NCBI GenBank assembly: GCA_903854185.1
Contig: CAINVP010000114.1
Span: 3,212 to 67,211, forward strand
DNA: 64,000 bases
Origin: an uncultured Actinomycetes bacterium
GTDB taxonomy: Bacteria > Actinomycetota > Actinomycetes > Nanopelagicales > Nanopelagicaceae
Reading direction: 5' to 3'
Position numbers and translations under genes: made by a program. The notes under the pieces were generated by a model that was not told where the DNA came from, did not search any database, and saw only the letters and a list, made by a program, of their open reading frames with translations. Positions 10,889 through 21,843 of the stretch are shown one piece after another (positions within the stretch are counted from its first letter, which is position 1; each line of letters begins with the position of its first letter).

Positions 10889-11769
10889 ACCAGCTCCTCC
10901 GTTCCAGCACGGGAGATATAGAAGAGAACGATTCCGATAATCATCACCATGAATACGAAGGAGAGCGCTGCAGCGAGCGTGTAGTTCGAGGTTCGAAGGA
11001 ACTGCGCGTTGATGACATTTCCGATCATCGTCGTGCTTGGATTACCAAGAATTTCGGCATTAACGTAATCGCCTGCAGCGGGAATAAAGGTAAGTAGCGT
11101 GCCAGCGACCACACCAGGAAGTGAGAGCGGAAGTGTCACTTTTCGGAAAGTCGTGAAGGCATTTGCATAAAGATCACCGGATGCTTCTAGGGTCCGGGGA
11201 TCGATCCGCTCGAGGCTGGAGTAGAGCGGAAGTGTCATAAATGGCAAGAAGTTATAACTCAGGCCAGCGATAACAGCGCCGGCACTTGCCGTGATGTGAG
11301 ATTGATATGTAACTAAGTGAAGATTGAGAAGGAGATGGAAGACTGGACCTTGTTGCCCAAGGATCTGCTTCCAAGCAATCGTTCTCAAGATAAATGAGGT
11401 GAAGAAGGGTGCAACTACAAGCACTAGGAGAACGTTCTTCCAACGTCCTGCCTTAAAGGCGATTCCATAGGCAAGTGGATATGCAATGCAGAGCGCGATT
11501 AAAGTTGCAGCGAGTGCGTAGATAAAGCTGCGCGCAAAGGGAGCTTCGTGCGTCCTGAAGGCCTCCCAGAAGTTGCCCCAGAAAGAACCGGTTGCAGCGC
11601 TCGTGGGATCGTAATTCTTCAGATCCATATTTACCGAAGTCTTCACCAGGGTAAGGATGGGAATTAAGAAGAAGGTAATGAGCCATAACATTCCTGGAAG
11701 TAGGAGGAGATACGGCATCCCAATCTTGCGAGAGCGTGGCTTCTTTACTGGCGCAACGGTGAGGGTCAC
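10885..11769 (-). CDS. ABC transporter permease (PotB/PotH-like)
   Basis: 294-aa, 6-TM ORF with an EAA-type loop (LEASGDLYANAFTTFRKVTLPL). Confidence 0.8.
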   Translation of the reverse strand: MTLTVAPVKKPRSRKIGMPYLLLLPGMLWLITFFLIPILTLVKTSVNMDLKNYDPTSAATGSFWGNFWEAFRTHEAPFARSFIYALAATLIALCIAYPLAYGIAFKAGRWKNVLLVLVVAPFFTSFILRTIAWKQILGQQGPVFHLLLNLHLVTYQSHITASAGAVIAGLSYNFLPFMTLPLYSSLERIDPRTLEASGDLYANAFTTFRKVTLPLSLPGVVAGTLLTFIPAAGDYVNAEILGNPSTTMIGNVINAQFLRTSNYTLAAALSFVFMVMIIGIVLFYISRAGTEELV

Positions 11770-11771
11770 TG

Positions 11772-12917
11772 TTACTCGGCCTCTGGCTCTACATCTACGC
11801 CGGCTTGGGCATCTTCATGGCCGTTGAGTGCGAAGGAGAAGATTGGTTCCCAACTCAAGCGGACTTCATCGCCCTTATCGAGAGGCGGAATACCATCATC
11901 ATTCTGCTCAAAGACCATGATCTCTTGGCCCCATGGCATCTCAACCTGGTACTGCGTTGATACGCCGATATACGAGACATCAGAAATTTTTCCACCAATA
12001 AGCACGTTGCCTGGCTTATCGTGCGAGTCAGGTTGAATACGAAGCTTCTCCGGGCGAATACCAAAGAGCACAGAGGAATCTTTAGCTACCGTACGGCGCT
12101 TAAGAACTGAGACTTTCTGACCGTAGAGATCAACCACGTGTGAGTCGCCATCGCTATCGACAATCTTTCCCTGGATGAGGTTTGACTGGCCAAGGAAGTT
12201 GGCAACGAATGCTGTCTTCGGGTTATCGTAGAGATCGGCTGGTGAACCCATCTGCTCGATGCGGCCCTCGTTCATTACCGCGATGGTGTCAGCCATAGTC
12301 ATGGCCTCTTCCTGGTCGTGTGTCACGTGAACGAAGGTGAGTCCTACTTCAGTCTGGATCCACTTCAACTCAATCTGCATCTGACGGCGCAACTTCAAAT
12401 CAAGCGCACCAAGTGGCTCATCGAGGAGAAGCAGTGCTGGGCGGTTAACAATTGCACGAGCAACTGCAATGCGCTGCTGTTGTCCACCTGAGAGTTGGGT
12501 TGGCTTACGTTGAGCCAGGTGCGGAAGTTCCACGAGATTGAGAACCTTCTCCACCTGCTCTGTCACATCTTTATCTTTAACGCCACGGCGACGAAGTCCG
12601 AATGCGACGTTCTCAAAGATTGAAAGGTGTGGGAAGAGGGCATAGTTCTGGAAGACGGTATTTACCGGCCGCTTGTACGGGCGCATATCCGTAATTTCGG
12701 TATCGCCAACAAAGATTGTCCCTGTTGTCGGAGTCTCCAGACCTGCAATCATGCGAAGTGTCGTTGTCTTGCCACAACCCGAAGGTCCGAGAAGTGCGAA
12801 GAATGATCCCTCTGGAATTACAAGTGAGAGGTTATCAACAGCAGTGAATTCACCAAATGATTTGGTGACGTTGGTGAGCTTAAGGTCACCCTTTGCGGAG
12901 GTAGATGCGTCTGACAC
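11772..12917 (-). CDS. ABC transporter ATP-binding protein (PotA/PotG-like, polyamine-type)
   Basis: 381-aa ORF with Walker [10 protein letters not shown], signature LSGGQQQR, Walker B LLLLDEP and a C-terminal TOBE-like extension. Confidence 0.85.
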   Translation of the reverse strand: MSDASTSAKGDLKLTNVTKSFGEFTAVDNLSLVIPEGSFFALLGPSGCGKTTTLRMIAGLETPTTGTIFVGDTEITDMRPYKRPVNTVFQNYALFPHLSIFENVAFGLRRRGVKDKDVTEQVEKVLNLVELPHLAQRKPTQLSGGQQQRIAVARAIVNRPALLLLDEPLGALDLKLRRQMQIELKWIQTEVGLTFVHVTHDQEEAMTMADTIAVMNEGRIEQMGSPADLYDNPKTAFVANFLGQSNLIQGKIVDSDGDSHVVDLYGQKVSVLKRRTVAKDSSVLFGIRPEKLRIQPDSHDKPGNVLIGGKISDVSYIGVSTQYQVEMPWGQEIMVFEQNDDGIPPLDKGDEVRLSWEPIFSFALNGHEDAQAGVDVEPEAE

Positions 12918-14102
12918 TTATCCGTTACCGCTTGCTGCTTGGAAAGCGGTTGAGAAATCAGACTTCTCTTTCTTTGTGAGGTCGCGGAAGACTTTAAGTT
13001 TCGCCCACATTTTCTCATCAGGGAAGATCAACGTGTTCTTTGCTTGCGCCGGGTTGATCTTCGCCATCGCCTCTTGCGCACCTGCTACTGGGCAGATGTA
13101 GGTGATGTAATTTGCAACCTTCGCTGCAACAACCGGATCGTAGTAATAGTTAATGAGCGCTTCGGCACCAGCCTTATTTGGTGAGGTCGATGGAATCATC
13201 ATGTTATCTGTTGAGAAAGTTCCGCCTGATTCCGGAATTGCAAAGCCAAATTGGTTGCCATTCTGAAGATTGAGTTGGTTGATATCGCCCGACCAGCCGA
13301 TTACCGCAATCGCATCGCCAGAGACTAAATCCTCTGAGTACGACTGGCCTTTAATCTGGCGGATATAGCCATCTTTAACCTTCTTTGCGATGAAATCCAC
13401 CGCATTGTGGAACTTATCTGCAGAGAAAGGCTTAGAGATATCTGTTCCTTGCCACATCATCACGAGGCCCACGGTGTCGCGCATCTCGGAGAGAACTTCA
13501 ATGCGGCCCTTGTTGCTATTAGAGAAGAGTTGATCAAGAGTGTTGATGCCCTTTGGTAGCGCCTTCTTATTCCACGCAACTCCAGCGATGATGCCGGCCC
13601 ATGGAAGTGAGTAATGGCGACCTGGATCGAATGGGCGATTAGCCAAGAATGGAAGAACGTTCTTCTTATTGGGCACTGCAGCATCGTCGAAGCGCTGTAC
13701 CCACTTATTTGCAACCCACTGTGAAGCCATCCACTCGGTAGGTACTACGACGTCGTAACCAATATCTCTCTTGATACGAAGTTGTGGTGCGACCTTTGCG
13801 GTAAAGGAGTCGTTGTCGTCAATCGCCTCTTGGTAGGTGGCGTTGTAGCCAGTCGCCTTTTTAAATGCCTCAAGAGTTGGATACTTGTGCGACTTGTTGT
13901 CGTAATCAAGATAGAGACCCCAGTTAGCCCAACGCACCGTCTTCTTTGCAGCTGCGCTAGCCGAAGAAGTTTCTCCTAAGCCGAGAAGTGAAGCGGCGCC
14001 AAGGCCACCTGCACCGGCAAGAAGTGCTCGGCGGGAGAGGAAGGATTCCGCTAAACCGTGGAGTGAACTTTCTAGGTTCTTACTCTCTTCTGAGTGAGAC
14101 AT
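12918..14102 (-). CDS. Periplasmic/extracellular substrate-binding protein (PotD/PotF family)
   Basis: 394-aa ORF with a twin-arginine-like signal (SRRALLAGAGGLGAASLL...ASAAA). It is the first gene of an SBP-ATPase-permease-permease unit, the PotFGHI order. Confidence 0.8.
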   Translation of the reverse strand: MSHSEESKNLESSLHGLAESFLSRRALLAGAGGLGAASLLGLGETSSASAAAKKTVRWANWGLYLDYDNKSHKYPTLEAFKKATGYNATYQEAIDDNDSFTAKVAPQLRIKRDIGYDVVVPTEWMASQWVANKWVQRFDDAAVPNKKNVLPFLANRPFDPGRHYSLPWAGIIAGVAWNKKALPKGINTLDQLFSNSNKGRIEVLSEMRDTVGLVMMWQGTDISKPFSADKFHNAVDFIAKKVKDGYIRQIKGQSYSEDLVSGDAIAVIGWSGDINQLNLQNGNQFGFAIPESGGTFSTDNMMIPSTSPNKAGAEALINYYYDPVVAAKVANYITYICPVAGAQEAMAKINPAQAKNTLIFPDEKMWAKLKVFRDLTKKEKSDFSTAFQAASGNG

Positions 14103-14226
14103 TAACTTCCTACCTTCTCTTAAGATGGCTGGGGTTACTAAAGCAGGGAAATCTTAGACCGTGAAAGCGCCCTCTGCGGACAGTCCATTCTCAGAATTAA
14201 CTGTCAATTAGCCCATCTGACGCCAG

Positions 14227-15651
14227 TTAGGCGTTCAAATTGGTCATAACGTGCTTGATACGGGTGTAATCCTCGAAGCCATATTGGGAGAGATCCTTGC
14301 CGTAACCAGAATGTTTGAAGCCGCCATGAGGCATCTCGGAGACCATTGGGATGTGGGTATTAATCCAGACCACGCCGAAGTCGAAGGCCTTAGCCATGCG
14401 CATCGCACGACCGTGATTGGTCGTCCAGACGCTGGAAGCCAGACCATATGCGACGCCATTTGCCATTCGGACTGCCTCTGCCTCGTCCGCGAAGGTCTGA
14501 ACCGTGATAACCGGTCCGAAGATTTCATTTTGAATCATCTCATCCTCTTGCTTGAGGCCTCCGATAACCGTTGGGTTCCAGAAATATCCCGGACGGTCAA
14601 CTTGTGTACCTCCCGCAACAATCTCGGCATGAGATGGCGTGCGCTCAACAAACCCTTTGAGGCGCGCAAGTTGGTTCGCATTATTTACCGCGCCATAGAG
14701 GACATCTTCTGTAGGAGCACCGGTGGCAGTGTTCTTCGCTTGCGCGGCGAGCAGAGTGAGAAATTCACTGTAGACGGCGGCTTCAACGATAACCCGCGTC
14801 GCTGCTGTGCAATCTTGACCGGCGTTGAAGTAACCAGCGAGCGCAATCGCTTCCGCTGCAGCTGGTAGATCTGCATCAGCAAATACAACTACTGGTGCTT
14901 TGCCACCGAGCTCGAGATGGACTCGCTTGAGATCTTTTGACGCACTCTGAGCAACTTCCATTCCAGCACGTACTGAGCCGGTGATAGAGACCATCTGTGG
15001 CGTCTTGTGATCAACAAGGGCGCGACCGGTCTCACGATCACCGGTGACAACGTTGATGACGCCATCTGGCAAGAACTCAGCCATCACGTTCGCCATCCAT
15101 ACGGTGGATGCCGGTGTGGTGTCACTTGGCTTCAATACGACGGTATTTCCCGCTGCAATTGCCGGTGCCCACTTCCACACTGCCATCATCATTGGATAGT
15201 TCCATGGCGTTACCTGAGCACAGACTCCAATAGGTTCGCGACGAATAAATGAGGTCATACCCTTCATATATTCCGCTGCGCTCTTGCCCTCTAGTTGGCG
15301 GGCTGCACCAGCAAAGAAGCGAATCTGATCAAGAAGAGGTGGAATCTCCTCTGACTTAGTGATTGCGAGCGGCTTACCTGTGTTCTCTGACTCCACTGCA
15401 ATAAGTTCATCTTGCTTCGCTTCTAACGCATCAGCAATCTTCAAGAGCGCGCGCTGGCGTTCTGCTGGAGTTGAATCTCTCCACTCTGGGAAGGCCGCTG
15501 CTGCTGCCGACATCGCAGCATCAACATCAGCTGCTCCTGAAACGGGAGCGGTTGTATAAGCCTGGCCAGTTGCTGGATTAATAATTTCGCTAACCGCCCC
15601 GCTCTGTGCTGGGACGCTCTTACCGTTGATGAAGTTATTCAGTGATTTCAT
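14227..15651 (-). CDS. NAD-dependent aldehyde dehydrogenase, PatD-like (gamma-aminobutyraldehyde / guanidinobutyraldehyde dehydrogenase candidate)
   Basis: 474-aa ORF with ELGGK and GQDCTAATR catalytic motifs. [18 protein letters not shown] closely resembles the E. coli PatD/YdcW segment as I remember it. There is a 4-nt overlap (ATGA) with the rlmN stop. Confidence 0.75.
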   Translation of the reverse strand: MKSLNNFINGKSVPAQSGAVSEIINPATGQAYTTAPVSGAADVDAAMSAAAAAFPEWRDSTPAERQRALLKIADALEAKQDELIAVESENTGKPLAITKSEEIPPLLDQIRFFAGAARQLEGKSAAEYMKGMTSFIRREPIGVCAQVTPWNYPMMMAVWKWAPAIAAGNTVVLKPSDTTPASTVWMANVMAEFLPDGVINVVTGDRETGRALVDHKTPQMVSITGSVRAGMEVAQSASKDLKRVHLELGGKAPVVVFADADLPAAAEAIALAGYFNAGQDCTAATRVIVEAAVYSEFLTLLAAQAKNTATGAPTEDVLYGAVNNANQLARLKGFVERTPSHAEIVAGGTQVDRPGYFWNPTVIGGLKQEDEMIQNEIFGPVITVQTFADEAEAVRMANGVAYGLASSVWTTNHGRAMRMAKAFDFGVVWINTHIPMVSEMPHGGFKHSGYGKDLSQYGFEDYTRIKHVMTNLNA

Positions 15652-16784
15652 GAAGGAGAGGCTATCTCAGAGGCTGCGAGTTGACCACAAGCCCCATCGA
15701 TTTCTCTGCCCCGGGTGTCACGTACGGTAACGGGAACGCGGTACCCCTCAAGAATGCGAACAAACTCTTTCTCATCCTCTGGTCGAGAGGCAGTCCACTT
15801 CGAACCGGGAGTCGGGTTGAGCGGAATGAGATTTACATGGGCATTACGATTTTTGAGGAGGCGGCCAAGGAGATCAGAGCGCCAAGCCTGATCGTTGATA
15901 TCGCGGATGAGGGCATACTCGATGGAGTACCGACGACCAGTCTTTTCGGCATAAGCGTCGGCGGCCGCAAGTACTTCTCGCACCTTGAAGCGGGAGTTAA
16001 TAGGGACGAGTGAGTCACGGAGCTCATCATCTGGTGTGTGCAGCGAGACAGCGAGAGTGACTGGAATATCTTCTCCCATCAACTTCTCAATGCCATTAAC
16101 CAATCCAACGGTTGAAACTGTGACAGAGCGTGCGCCGATACCGAGGCCTTCTGGCTGTGGCGAGACGATGTTGCGAACAGAACGGATTACCGATTTATAG
16201 TTTGCAAGCGGCTCTCCCATTCCCATGAAGACTACATTCGAGAGTCGAGTTGGGCCGCCAGGAAGTTCACCGGATGCACACACTCGGGCAGCAGCTACGA
16301 CCTGCGCCGTGATTTCCCCAGCAGTGAGATTTCGCGTTAACCCGCCCTGTCCCGTTGCACAGAATGGGCAGTTCATGCCGCAACCTGCTTGAGATGAGAT
16401 ACAGACTGTTGTGCGATCGGTGTAACGCATGAGGACGCTCTCAACGAGAACACCATCATGCAGCCGCCAGAGATCCTTGCGCGTCTTGCCAGAATCTGTG
16501 GTCACACTCTTCACCAGCGTAATCAGGCGCGGCATAAACTTCTCGGCCATGAGTTGGCGCATCTCTTTCGGGATATCGCTCCAGGTCTCTGGCTCATCGT
16601 TGTAATGCGTGAAGAAATGGGTCGCTGCCTGCTTCGCGCGAAATGCTGGCAGACCAAGATCAATCGCAAGCTGTTTGCGCTCTTCAACATCAAGGTCGGC
16701 GAAATGTTGAGGTGGGCGAACCTTCTGCTTTGGCTCGTCGAAGACTAATTTCAACTCAGGATTTGAGTTCTCGCGGGTGCTCAT
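15648..16784 (-). CDS. rlmN: 23S rRNA/tRNA adenine-C2 methyltransferase RlmN (radical SAM)
   Basis: 378-aa ORF with the radical-SAM motif [12 protein letters not shown] and the C-terminal conserved Cys (DGACGQL). Confidence 0.9.
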   Translation of the reverse strand: MSTRENSNPELKLVFDEPKQKVRPPQHFADLDVEERKQLAIDLGLPAFRAKQAATHFFTHYNDEPETWSDIPKEMRQLMAEKFMPRLITLVKSVTTDSGKTRKDLWRLHDGVLVESVLMRYTDRTTVCISSQAGCGMNCPFCATGQGGLTRNLTAGEITAQVVAAARVCASGELPGGPTRLSNVVFMGMGEPLANYKSVIRSVRNIVSPQPEGLGIGARSVTVSTVGLVNGIEKLMGEDIPVTLAVSLHTPDDELRDSLVPINSRFKVREVLAAADAYAEKTGRRYSIEYALIRDINDQAWRSDLLGRLLKNRNAHVNLIPLNPTPGSKWTASRPEDEKEFVRILEGYRVPVTVRDTRGREIDGACGQLAASEIASPS

Positions 16785-17629
16785 AGTTTGAAGTGCTTAA
16801 TGAGTTCAAGTACGAACCAGACCGTAGGGGCGGTGAAGAGAACAGAGTCGATGCGATCCAAGATGCCGCCATGTCCAGGCAAGATAGCCCCCATATCTTT
16901 GATGTGAAGGTCGCGCTTCATCGCTGATTCAATGAGGTCGCCGAAGGTTGATGTTGCCACACCCATCAATCCGAGTAATGCGCCGAGATACCAATGTTGG
17001 CTCGTCCAGAAAGCAAAGACTAGTGCGCCACCAACTGTGCACGCGATTAGCGATCCGATAAGCCCTTCCCACGTCTTCTTGGGGCTGATGTGAGGGGCTA
17101 GGTAGTGCTTTCCAAAAAGGACGCCAAAGATATATGCGAAGGTATCGTTACATGAGACGAGTACGACAAGAACAAGAATTCTTCCGACCGGGTCATCACT
17201 CTTAGCAATCAAGGCAATAAATCCGGCAAGGAATGGGATGTAGAACATTGCGAAGGTGGCTGCAGTAGATCGCTTGACGAAATCTGCCGGATTTAGAATA
17301 AGTAGAAGTACAAGAATATTGGGAATCACAAAGGCAGTTGCTACAGCCAGTCCGCTCACTCCCCCGAACCAGGCCGCTGCCGTCATCACGACTGCACCCA
17401 CCGCCAATGGCCAATCAGGAATTACTATTCCACCCGCGCGATAGGCGCCGTTCAGCTCTCGGAGTCCCATGATTAAGGCTGCAAGAACAAGTACTACAAA
17501 GAGAATCGGCTTCACTGCAAGCAGCCCAAATACGAGGACGAAGATTGTTAGCGAGACAAAAATGGAAGGCAGTAGCTTTCTTCCTGCTCGCTTATTTATC
17601 GCCTCATTGAGGGAGTGAAGGTCATCCAT
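16781..17629 (-). CDS. cdsA: Phosphatidate cytidylyltransferase
   Basis: 282-aa polytopic ORF with the C-terminal CdsA signature ([28 protein letters not shown]). The frr-cdsA-rlmN synteny is conserved. Confidence 0.85.
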   Translation of the reverse strand: MDDLHSLNEAINKRAGRKLLPSIFVSLTIFVLVFGLLAVKPILFVVLVLAALIMGLRELNGAYRAGGIVIPDWPLAVGAVVMTAAAWFGGVSGLAVATAFVIPNILVLLLILNPADFVKRSTAATFAMFYIPFLAGFIALIAKSDDPVGRILVLVVLVSCNDTFAYIFGVLFGKHYLAPHISPKKTWEGLIGSLIACTVGGALVFAFWTSQHWYLGALLGLMGVATSTFGDLIESAMKRDLHIKDMGAILPGHGGILDRIDSVLFTAPTVWFVLELIKHFKL

Positions 17630-17633
17630 GGGA

Positions 17634-18197
17634 TCAAACTTCGAGAAGTTCGGCTTCCTTATGCTTTAGCAGATCATCAATTTTGGCGACATGATCTGAG
17701 GTGCTCTTTTCAAGATCCTTCTCAGCACGGGCCGCTTCATCCTTGCCAACTTCGCCATCTTTCTCCATCTTCTCCATCGCCTCTTTCGCAGTACGGCGGA
17801 TGTTGCGGATAGAGATACGTGAATCTTCCGCCTTAGTGCGAGCGACCTTGATGTAATCCTTACGGCGCTCCTCCGTCAATTGTGGAAAGTTGACGCGGAT
17901 AACGGCGCCATCAGTCGCAGGATTTACTCCGAGATCGGATTCGCGGATCGCCTTTTCGATCAGTGCCATTGCGCTCTTATCAAATGGGCTGACAAGCGCC
18001 ATGCGCGCCTCTGGCACTTGGATAGTCGCGAGTTGTGAGAGCGGTGTAAAAGTTCCGTAGTAATCGACCATCACCTTTGCAAACATCGAGGGATGCGCAC
18101 GGCCGGTACGAATGGCACCGAAATCTTCCTTGGCAACATCCACAGCTTTGCTCATCTTGACTGCGACATCTGCAAGGACGGTATTTAAATCAGCCAT
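17634..18197 (-). CDS. frr: Ribosome recycling factor
   Basis: The track ORF (to 18494) overlaps pyrH. The RRF sequence begins at MADLNTVLADV..., with ATG at 18197, 13 nt after the pyrH stop. This gives 187 aa, the normal RRF length. Confidence 0.9.
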   Translation of the reverse strand: MADLNTVLADVAVKMSKAVDVAKEDFGAIRTGRAHPSMFAKVMVDYYGTFTPLSQLATIQVPEARMALVSPFDKSAMALIEKAIRESDLGVNPATDGAVIRVNFPQLTEERRKDYIKVARTKAEDSRISIRNIRRTAKEAMEKMEKDGEVGKDEAARAEKDLEKSTSDHVAKIDDLLKHKEAELLEV

Positions 18198-18210
18198 GTA
18201 TGGTTCGCTC

Positions 18211-18945
18211 CTATTTGCTGGACGTCTGCGATGAGACGACAGTTCCGATGGACTCACCACGCACAGCGCGGGCGATATTTCCTTTATTCTTAAGATCAAA
18301 GACGACGATAGGAAGATTGTTCTCACGACAGAGGCTAAAAGCGGCGGCATCGGCGACCGCGAGTGATTGAGAGAGCACTTCGTCGAAGGAGATTGTTTCG
18401 TATTTGGTTGCAGTTGGATCCTTCTTAGGATCTGCGGTGTAGACGCCATCGACGCCGCTCTTTGCAAGAAGAAGTGCCTGTGAGCCAATTTCAAGTGCGC
18501 GCTGCGCTGCCACGGTATCAGTTGTGAAGAATGGCATGCCCGCGCCTGCTCCGAAGATCACTACACGACCCTTCTCGAGGTGGCGGATTGCTTTGCGGGG
18601 AATATAGGGCTCTGCAACTTGACCCATGGTAATTGCGGTCTGTACGCGAGTATCGATGCCGACCTTCTCAAGAAAATCTTGAAGAGCTAAACAGTTCATC
18701 ACGGTTCCGAGCATGCCCATGTAATCTGCTCGTGCCCGATCCATGCCACGCTGTTGGAGCTCTGCTCCTCGGAAGTAATTACCTCCGCCAACAACAATCG
18801 CGATCTGGGTTCCGCCTCGAACAACTTCTGCAATCTGTTCAGCGATATCGTGCACGACATCGGGATCCACACCAATGCCTTTAACTCCACCAAAGACCTC
18901 GCCAGAAAGCTTAAGGAGCACTCTCTTATAACCTGATACGGCCAT
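18211..18945 (-). CDS. pyrH: UMP kinase
   Basis: 244-aa ORF with [10 protein letters not shown]... and GGGNYFRG motifs. Confidence 0.95.
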   Translation of the reverse strand: MAVSGYKRVLLKLSGEVFGGVKGIGVDPDVVHDIAEQIAEVVRGGTQIAIVVGGGNYFRGAELQQRGMDRARADYMGMLGTVMNCLALQDFLEKVGIDTRVQTAITMGQVAEPYIPRKAIRHLEKGRVVIFGAGAGMPFFTTDTVAAQRALEIGSQALLLAKSGVDGVYTADPKKDPTATKYETISFDEVLSQSLAVADAAAFSLCRENNLPIVVFDLKNKGNIARAVRGESIGTVVSSQTSSK

Positions 18946-19007
18946 CTGAGGTGCTCCTTCGCTTCTACTTCTGATTTCAGGCCAACGGCCTGATTTATGC
19001 CACTAGA

Positions 19008-19835
19008 TTACTGACCAACCTTGAATCTGTGAAAAGCCGACACAGCGGTCTTCGCCTCATCAAGAATGTTCTGGACAGTCTTCTTCGCATCCTTCGCAAA
19101 GGCCTGCTCGAGCAGGCTAACTTCCTTCACAAAGCCAGTGACGCGACCTTCGACAATCTTTGAGAGTGATGCCTCAGGCTTACCCTCTTCGCGGGCAGTC
19201 TCTTCAGCGATACGGCGCTCGTTCTCAATCTGGTCCGCAGGAATCTGGTCACGGCTTACAAATTGTGGTGCAAACGCTGCAATGTGCTGCGCGACATCCT
19301 TGCCAGCCTCAGCTGCTGCAGCGGTCAACTTCACCAAGACGCCAAGCTGTGGTGGAAGATCTGGGTTTGTGCGGTGAAGATAGATCGCAACTGGTGAACC
19401 CTCTGATACTGCAATGCGACGGATCTCAATCTTCTCACCGAGTGTTGCATTCGCCTCATCGATGGTCTCTTGAACGGTCTTGCCGTTATCCATTTCGCTG
19501 GTAAGGAATGAACCGAGATCAGCGCTCTTCACCTTTGCAAGGTGATTGAGGAGCTCATCTGCAACCGCCTGGAAGCGATCGCCCTTAGCTACGAAATCAG
19601 TCTCGCAGTTAAGTTCGAGCATAACGCCGAGGTCGCCCTCTGTCTTTGCCGCTACCAGTCCGTTTGAAGTCTGACGACCCTCACGCTTTGTAACACCCTT
19701 CAGACCCTTAACGCGAATGATCTCAACGGCCTTGTCGTAATCGCCATCTGCCTCATCAAGCGCCTTCTTGCAATCAAGCATTCCTGCTGCAGTTGCTTCG
19801 CGCAGGCGCTTTACATCTTCTGCTGTGTAAGCCAA
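19008..19835 (-). CDS. tsf: Elongation factor Ts
   Basis: 275-aa ORF with a TTG start 7 nt after AAGGAG. The N-terminal UBA-like sequence (VKRLREATAAGMLDCKKALDEADGD) is typical. Confidence 0.95.
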   Translation of the reverse strand: MAYTAEDVKRLREATAAGMLDCKKALDEADGDYDKAVEIIRVKGLKGVTKREGRQTSNGLVAAKTEGDLGVMLELNCETDFVAKGDRFQAVADELLNHLAKVKSADLGSFLTSEMDNGKTVQETIDEANATLGEKIEIRRIAVSEGSPVAIYLHRTNPDLPPQLGVLVKLTAAAAEAGKDVAQHIAAFAPQFVSRDQIPADQIENERRIAEETAREEGKPEASLSKIVEGRVTGFVKEVSLLEQAFAKDAKKTVQNILDEAKTAVSAFHRFKVGQ

Positions 19836-19867
19836 TTTATTGCTCCTTATAAATATTTTCGAAAGAG

Positions 19868-20692
19868 TTAGTTAGATGGAGTTGCTTCTGGAGCTACTGA
19901 TGCATCTGTTGCAACAACTTCAGCAACAACTGCTTCCTTCTCCCAATCAGCTACTGGCTCGGCATTTGCAGCTGCAACGTTCTTATCTGCAACAGCAGCA
20001 CCTGCTGCTGAACGAGCTGCAAGGCCCGCAACAGCGGCATCGGTGATAACGCGAGTAAGCAATGCGATAGAACGGATTGCATCATCGTTGCCAGGAATCT
20101 TGTAATCAACTTCATCTGGATCGCAGTTGGTATCGATAACCGCTACAACTGGGATACCCAACTTATGCGCTTCCTGAACTGCAAGATGCTCTTTCTTAGT
20201 ATCGATAACCCAGATTGCTGATGGCAACTTGGTCATATCGCGAATACCTTGAAGGTTCTTTGTTAGCTTCTCGCGCTCGCGGCGAAGAACAAGGAGTTCC
20301 TTCTTGGTAAGAACCTGATCATTACGCTCTTCAAGTTGCTCAAGCTCCTTGAGGCGTTGAATACGCTTGTATACGGTTGGGAAGTTGGTGAGCATTCCAC
20401 CAAGCCAACGCTCTGTTACATATGGCATGCCAACGCGAGCTGCCTGCTCGATGATTGGCTGATGTGCCTGCTTCTTTGTTCCAACGAACAAGATATGACC
20501 GCCCTTAGCGACGGTATCCTTAATGAAGTCATAGGCTGAATCGATAAGTCCAAGTGACTGCTGGATATCGATGATGTAGATGCCATTGCGCTCTGTGAAG
20601 ATGTAGCGCTTCATCTTTGGGTTCCAACGACGAGTCTGGTGTCCGAAGTGGACTCCGCTGTCGAGGAGTTCTCTCATAGTTACAACCGCCAT
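19868..20692 (-). CDS. rpsB: 30S ribosomal protein S2
   Basis: The S2 sequence starts at [22 protein letters not shown] at 20692 lies 8 nt downstream of AAGGAG, so I do not use the longer track ORF (to 20734). It has an Ala-rich C-terminal tail. Confidence 0.9.
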   Translation of the reverse strand: MAVVTMRELLDSGVHFGHQTRRWNPKMKRYIFTERNGIYIIDIQQSLGLIDSAYDFIKDTVAKGGHILFVGTKKQAHQPIIEQAARVGMPYVTERWLGGMLTNFPTVYKRIQRLKELEQLEERNDQVLTKKELLVLRREREKLTKNLQGIRDMTKLPSAIWVIDTKKEHLAVQEAHKLGIPVVAVIDTNCDPDEVDYKIPGNDDAIRSIALLTRVITDAAVAGLAARSAAGAAVADKNVAAANAEPVADWEKEAVVAEVVATDASVAPEATPSN

Positions 20693-20928
20693 GGCGGCAC
20701 TCTCCTTCATTGCACATGCGCGTGGCAGGTGCACTCGGTTAATGAGATGACAATTTGTCAGCTCGCTAGCGATTGGATACCGACTCGAAAATCGTTATTC
20801 GAGACCGAACTGGTTCTCACCTATTTTTCAACAGTGAGTCAATCGCGTGAAGTCACCAAGAATCTCTCCTTGGTGCGAGCCTTATTCTAATAGAGCTTTT
20901 CCGGGTCAATTTCCACGAAGTTCTGGCG

Positions 20929-21834
20929 CTAAGCCCGGGGGTGGGCATCCTTGTACGCTCGCTGGAGCCGCTCCGGCGAGACATGGGTGTAAATCTGGGT
21001 CGTCTGGAGGGAGGAATGGCCGAGGATCTCTTGGACGATACGTAGATCTGCCCCACCTTCGAGTAGATGGGTAGCGGCGCTATGGCGCAGGCCATGTGGC
21101 CCCATGTGAATCCCAACCGCGCTCGTCGCCTCATAGACGACATCTCGCGCTGTCCGCGCATCAATCCGCTTACCTCTCGCCCCGAGAAATACGGCGCTCC
21201 CCGAAATCTCGCGAGCTAATTCTCCCCGGTACTTCTCGATATAACGTCGAAGTGTGTCGAGCGCAGGCTCACCCAGTGGGACGGTCCGCTCCTTATCGCC
21301 CTTTCCCAATACGCGAGCGGTTCCGCGAGAGTAATCAATACTTGCTAAATCAAGACCACATAACTCAGAGATACGAATTCCAGATGAGTACAAGACCTCA
21401 ATCATTGCGAGGTTCCGAGCGTTGAGTGCGCTTGGTTCCTCGCCATATTTCTGTTCCATCGAGGCGAGGACTATCTCAGCTTCGGAGATATCAAGAACTT
21501 CCGGAAGCCCGCGTTGGGTCTTAGGGAGAACCAACTGCTGACCAACATCCTCAGTGAGCCAACCATTACTCGCTGCCCAATATGTAAATGCCCGAATAGA
21601 GACGATTCTTCGTGCCAGCGTATTCCTAGCAACGCCACGGTCAGAGAGTGAACTCAACCAACCCCGCAGATTTCGGAGATCAATATCTTTTATCTCATCA
21701 ATACCTACCGTTGAGAGGTAGGCAATAAATGATTCCAGGTCACTTATATAACCCTTTACCGAGTTATCAGAGAGATTGCGGACCAAGATGAGATGCTCTT
21801 GATAAGCACCAATCAACTCTTGGGATGCAGGCAT
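20929..21834 (-). CDS. xerC: Tyrosine recombinase XerC (chromosome dimer resolution)
   Basis: 301-aa ORF with the catalytic R...HGLRHSAATHLL...Y (IYTHV) pattern. It lies next to rpsB, as in other actinobacteria. Confidence 0.8.
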   Translation of the reverse strand: MPASQELIGAYQEHLILVRNLSDNSVKGYISDLESFIAYLSTVGIDEIKDIDLRNLRGWLSSLSDRGVARNTLARRIVSIRAFTYWAASNGWLTEDVGQQLVLPKTQRGLPEVLDISEAEIVLASMEQKYGEEPSALNARNLAMIEVLYSSGIRISELCGLDLASIDYSRGTARVLGKGDKERTVPLGEPALDTLRRYIEKYRGELAREISGSAVFLGARGKRIDARTARDVVYEATSAVGIHMGPHGLRHSAATHLLEGGADLRIVQEILGHSSLQTTQIYTHVSPERLQRAYKDAHPRA

Positions 21835-21843
21835 GGCTGCAGA

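Noticed and set aside
17634-18494. 286-aa track ORF suggesting a long N-terminal extension of ribosome recycling factor.
   Set aside because: The first 99 codons overlap the 3' part of pyrH in another frame and have no RRF similarity. The canonical RRF sequence starts at ATG 18197, just after the pyrH stop.
18977-18993. Hairpin TCAGGCC-aac-GGCCTGA between tsf and pyrH as a terminator.
   Set aside because: There is no U-tract on the coding strand, and it lies only about 30 nt before the pyrH start. At most it is a weak attenuator or processing site.
20929-21834. Tyrosine recombinase as a possible integrase of a mobile element.
   Set aside because: It has the XerC-type sequence and sits in the conserved xerC-rpsB backbone position. 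It is flanked by core genes with 9-nt and normal spacers, and there are no att-like repeats or cargo genes around it.
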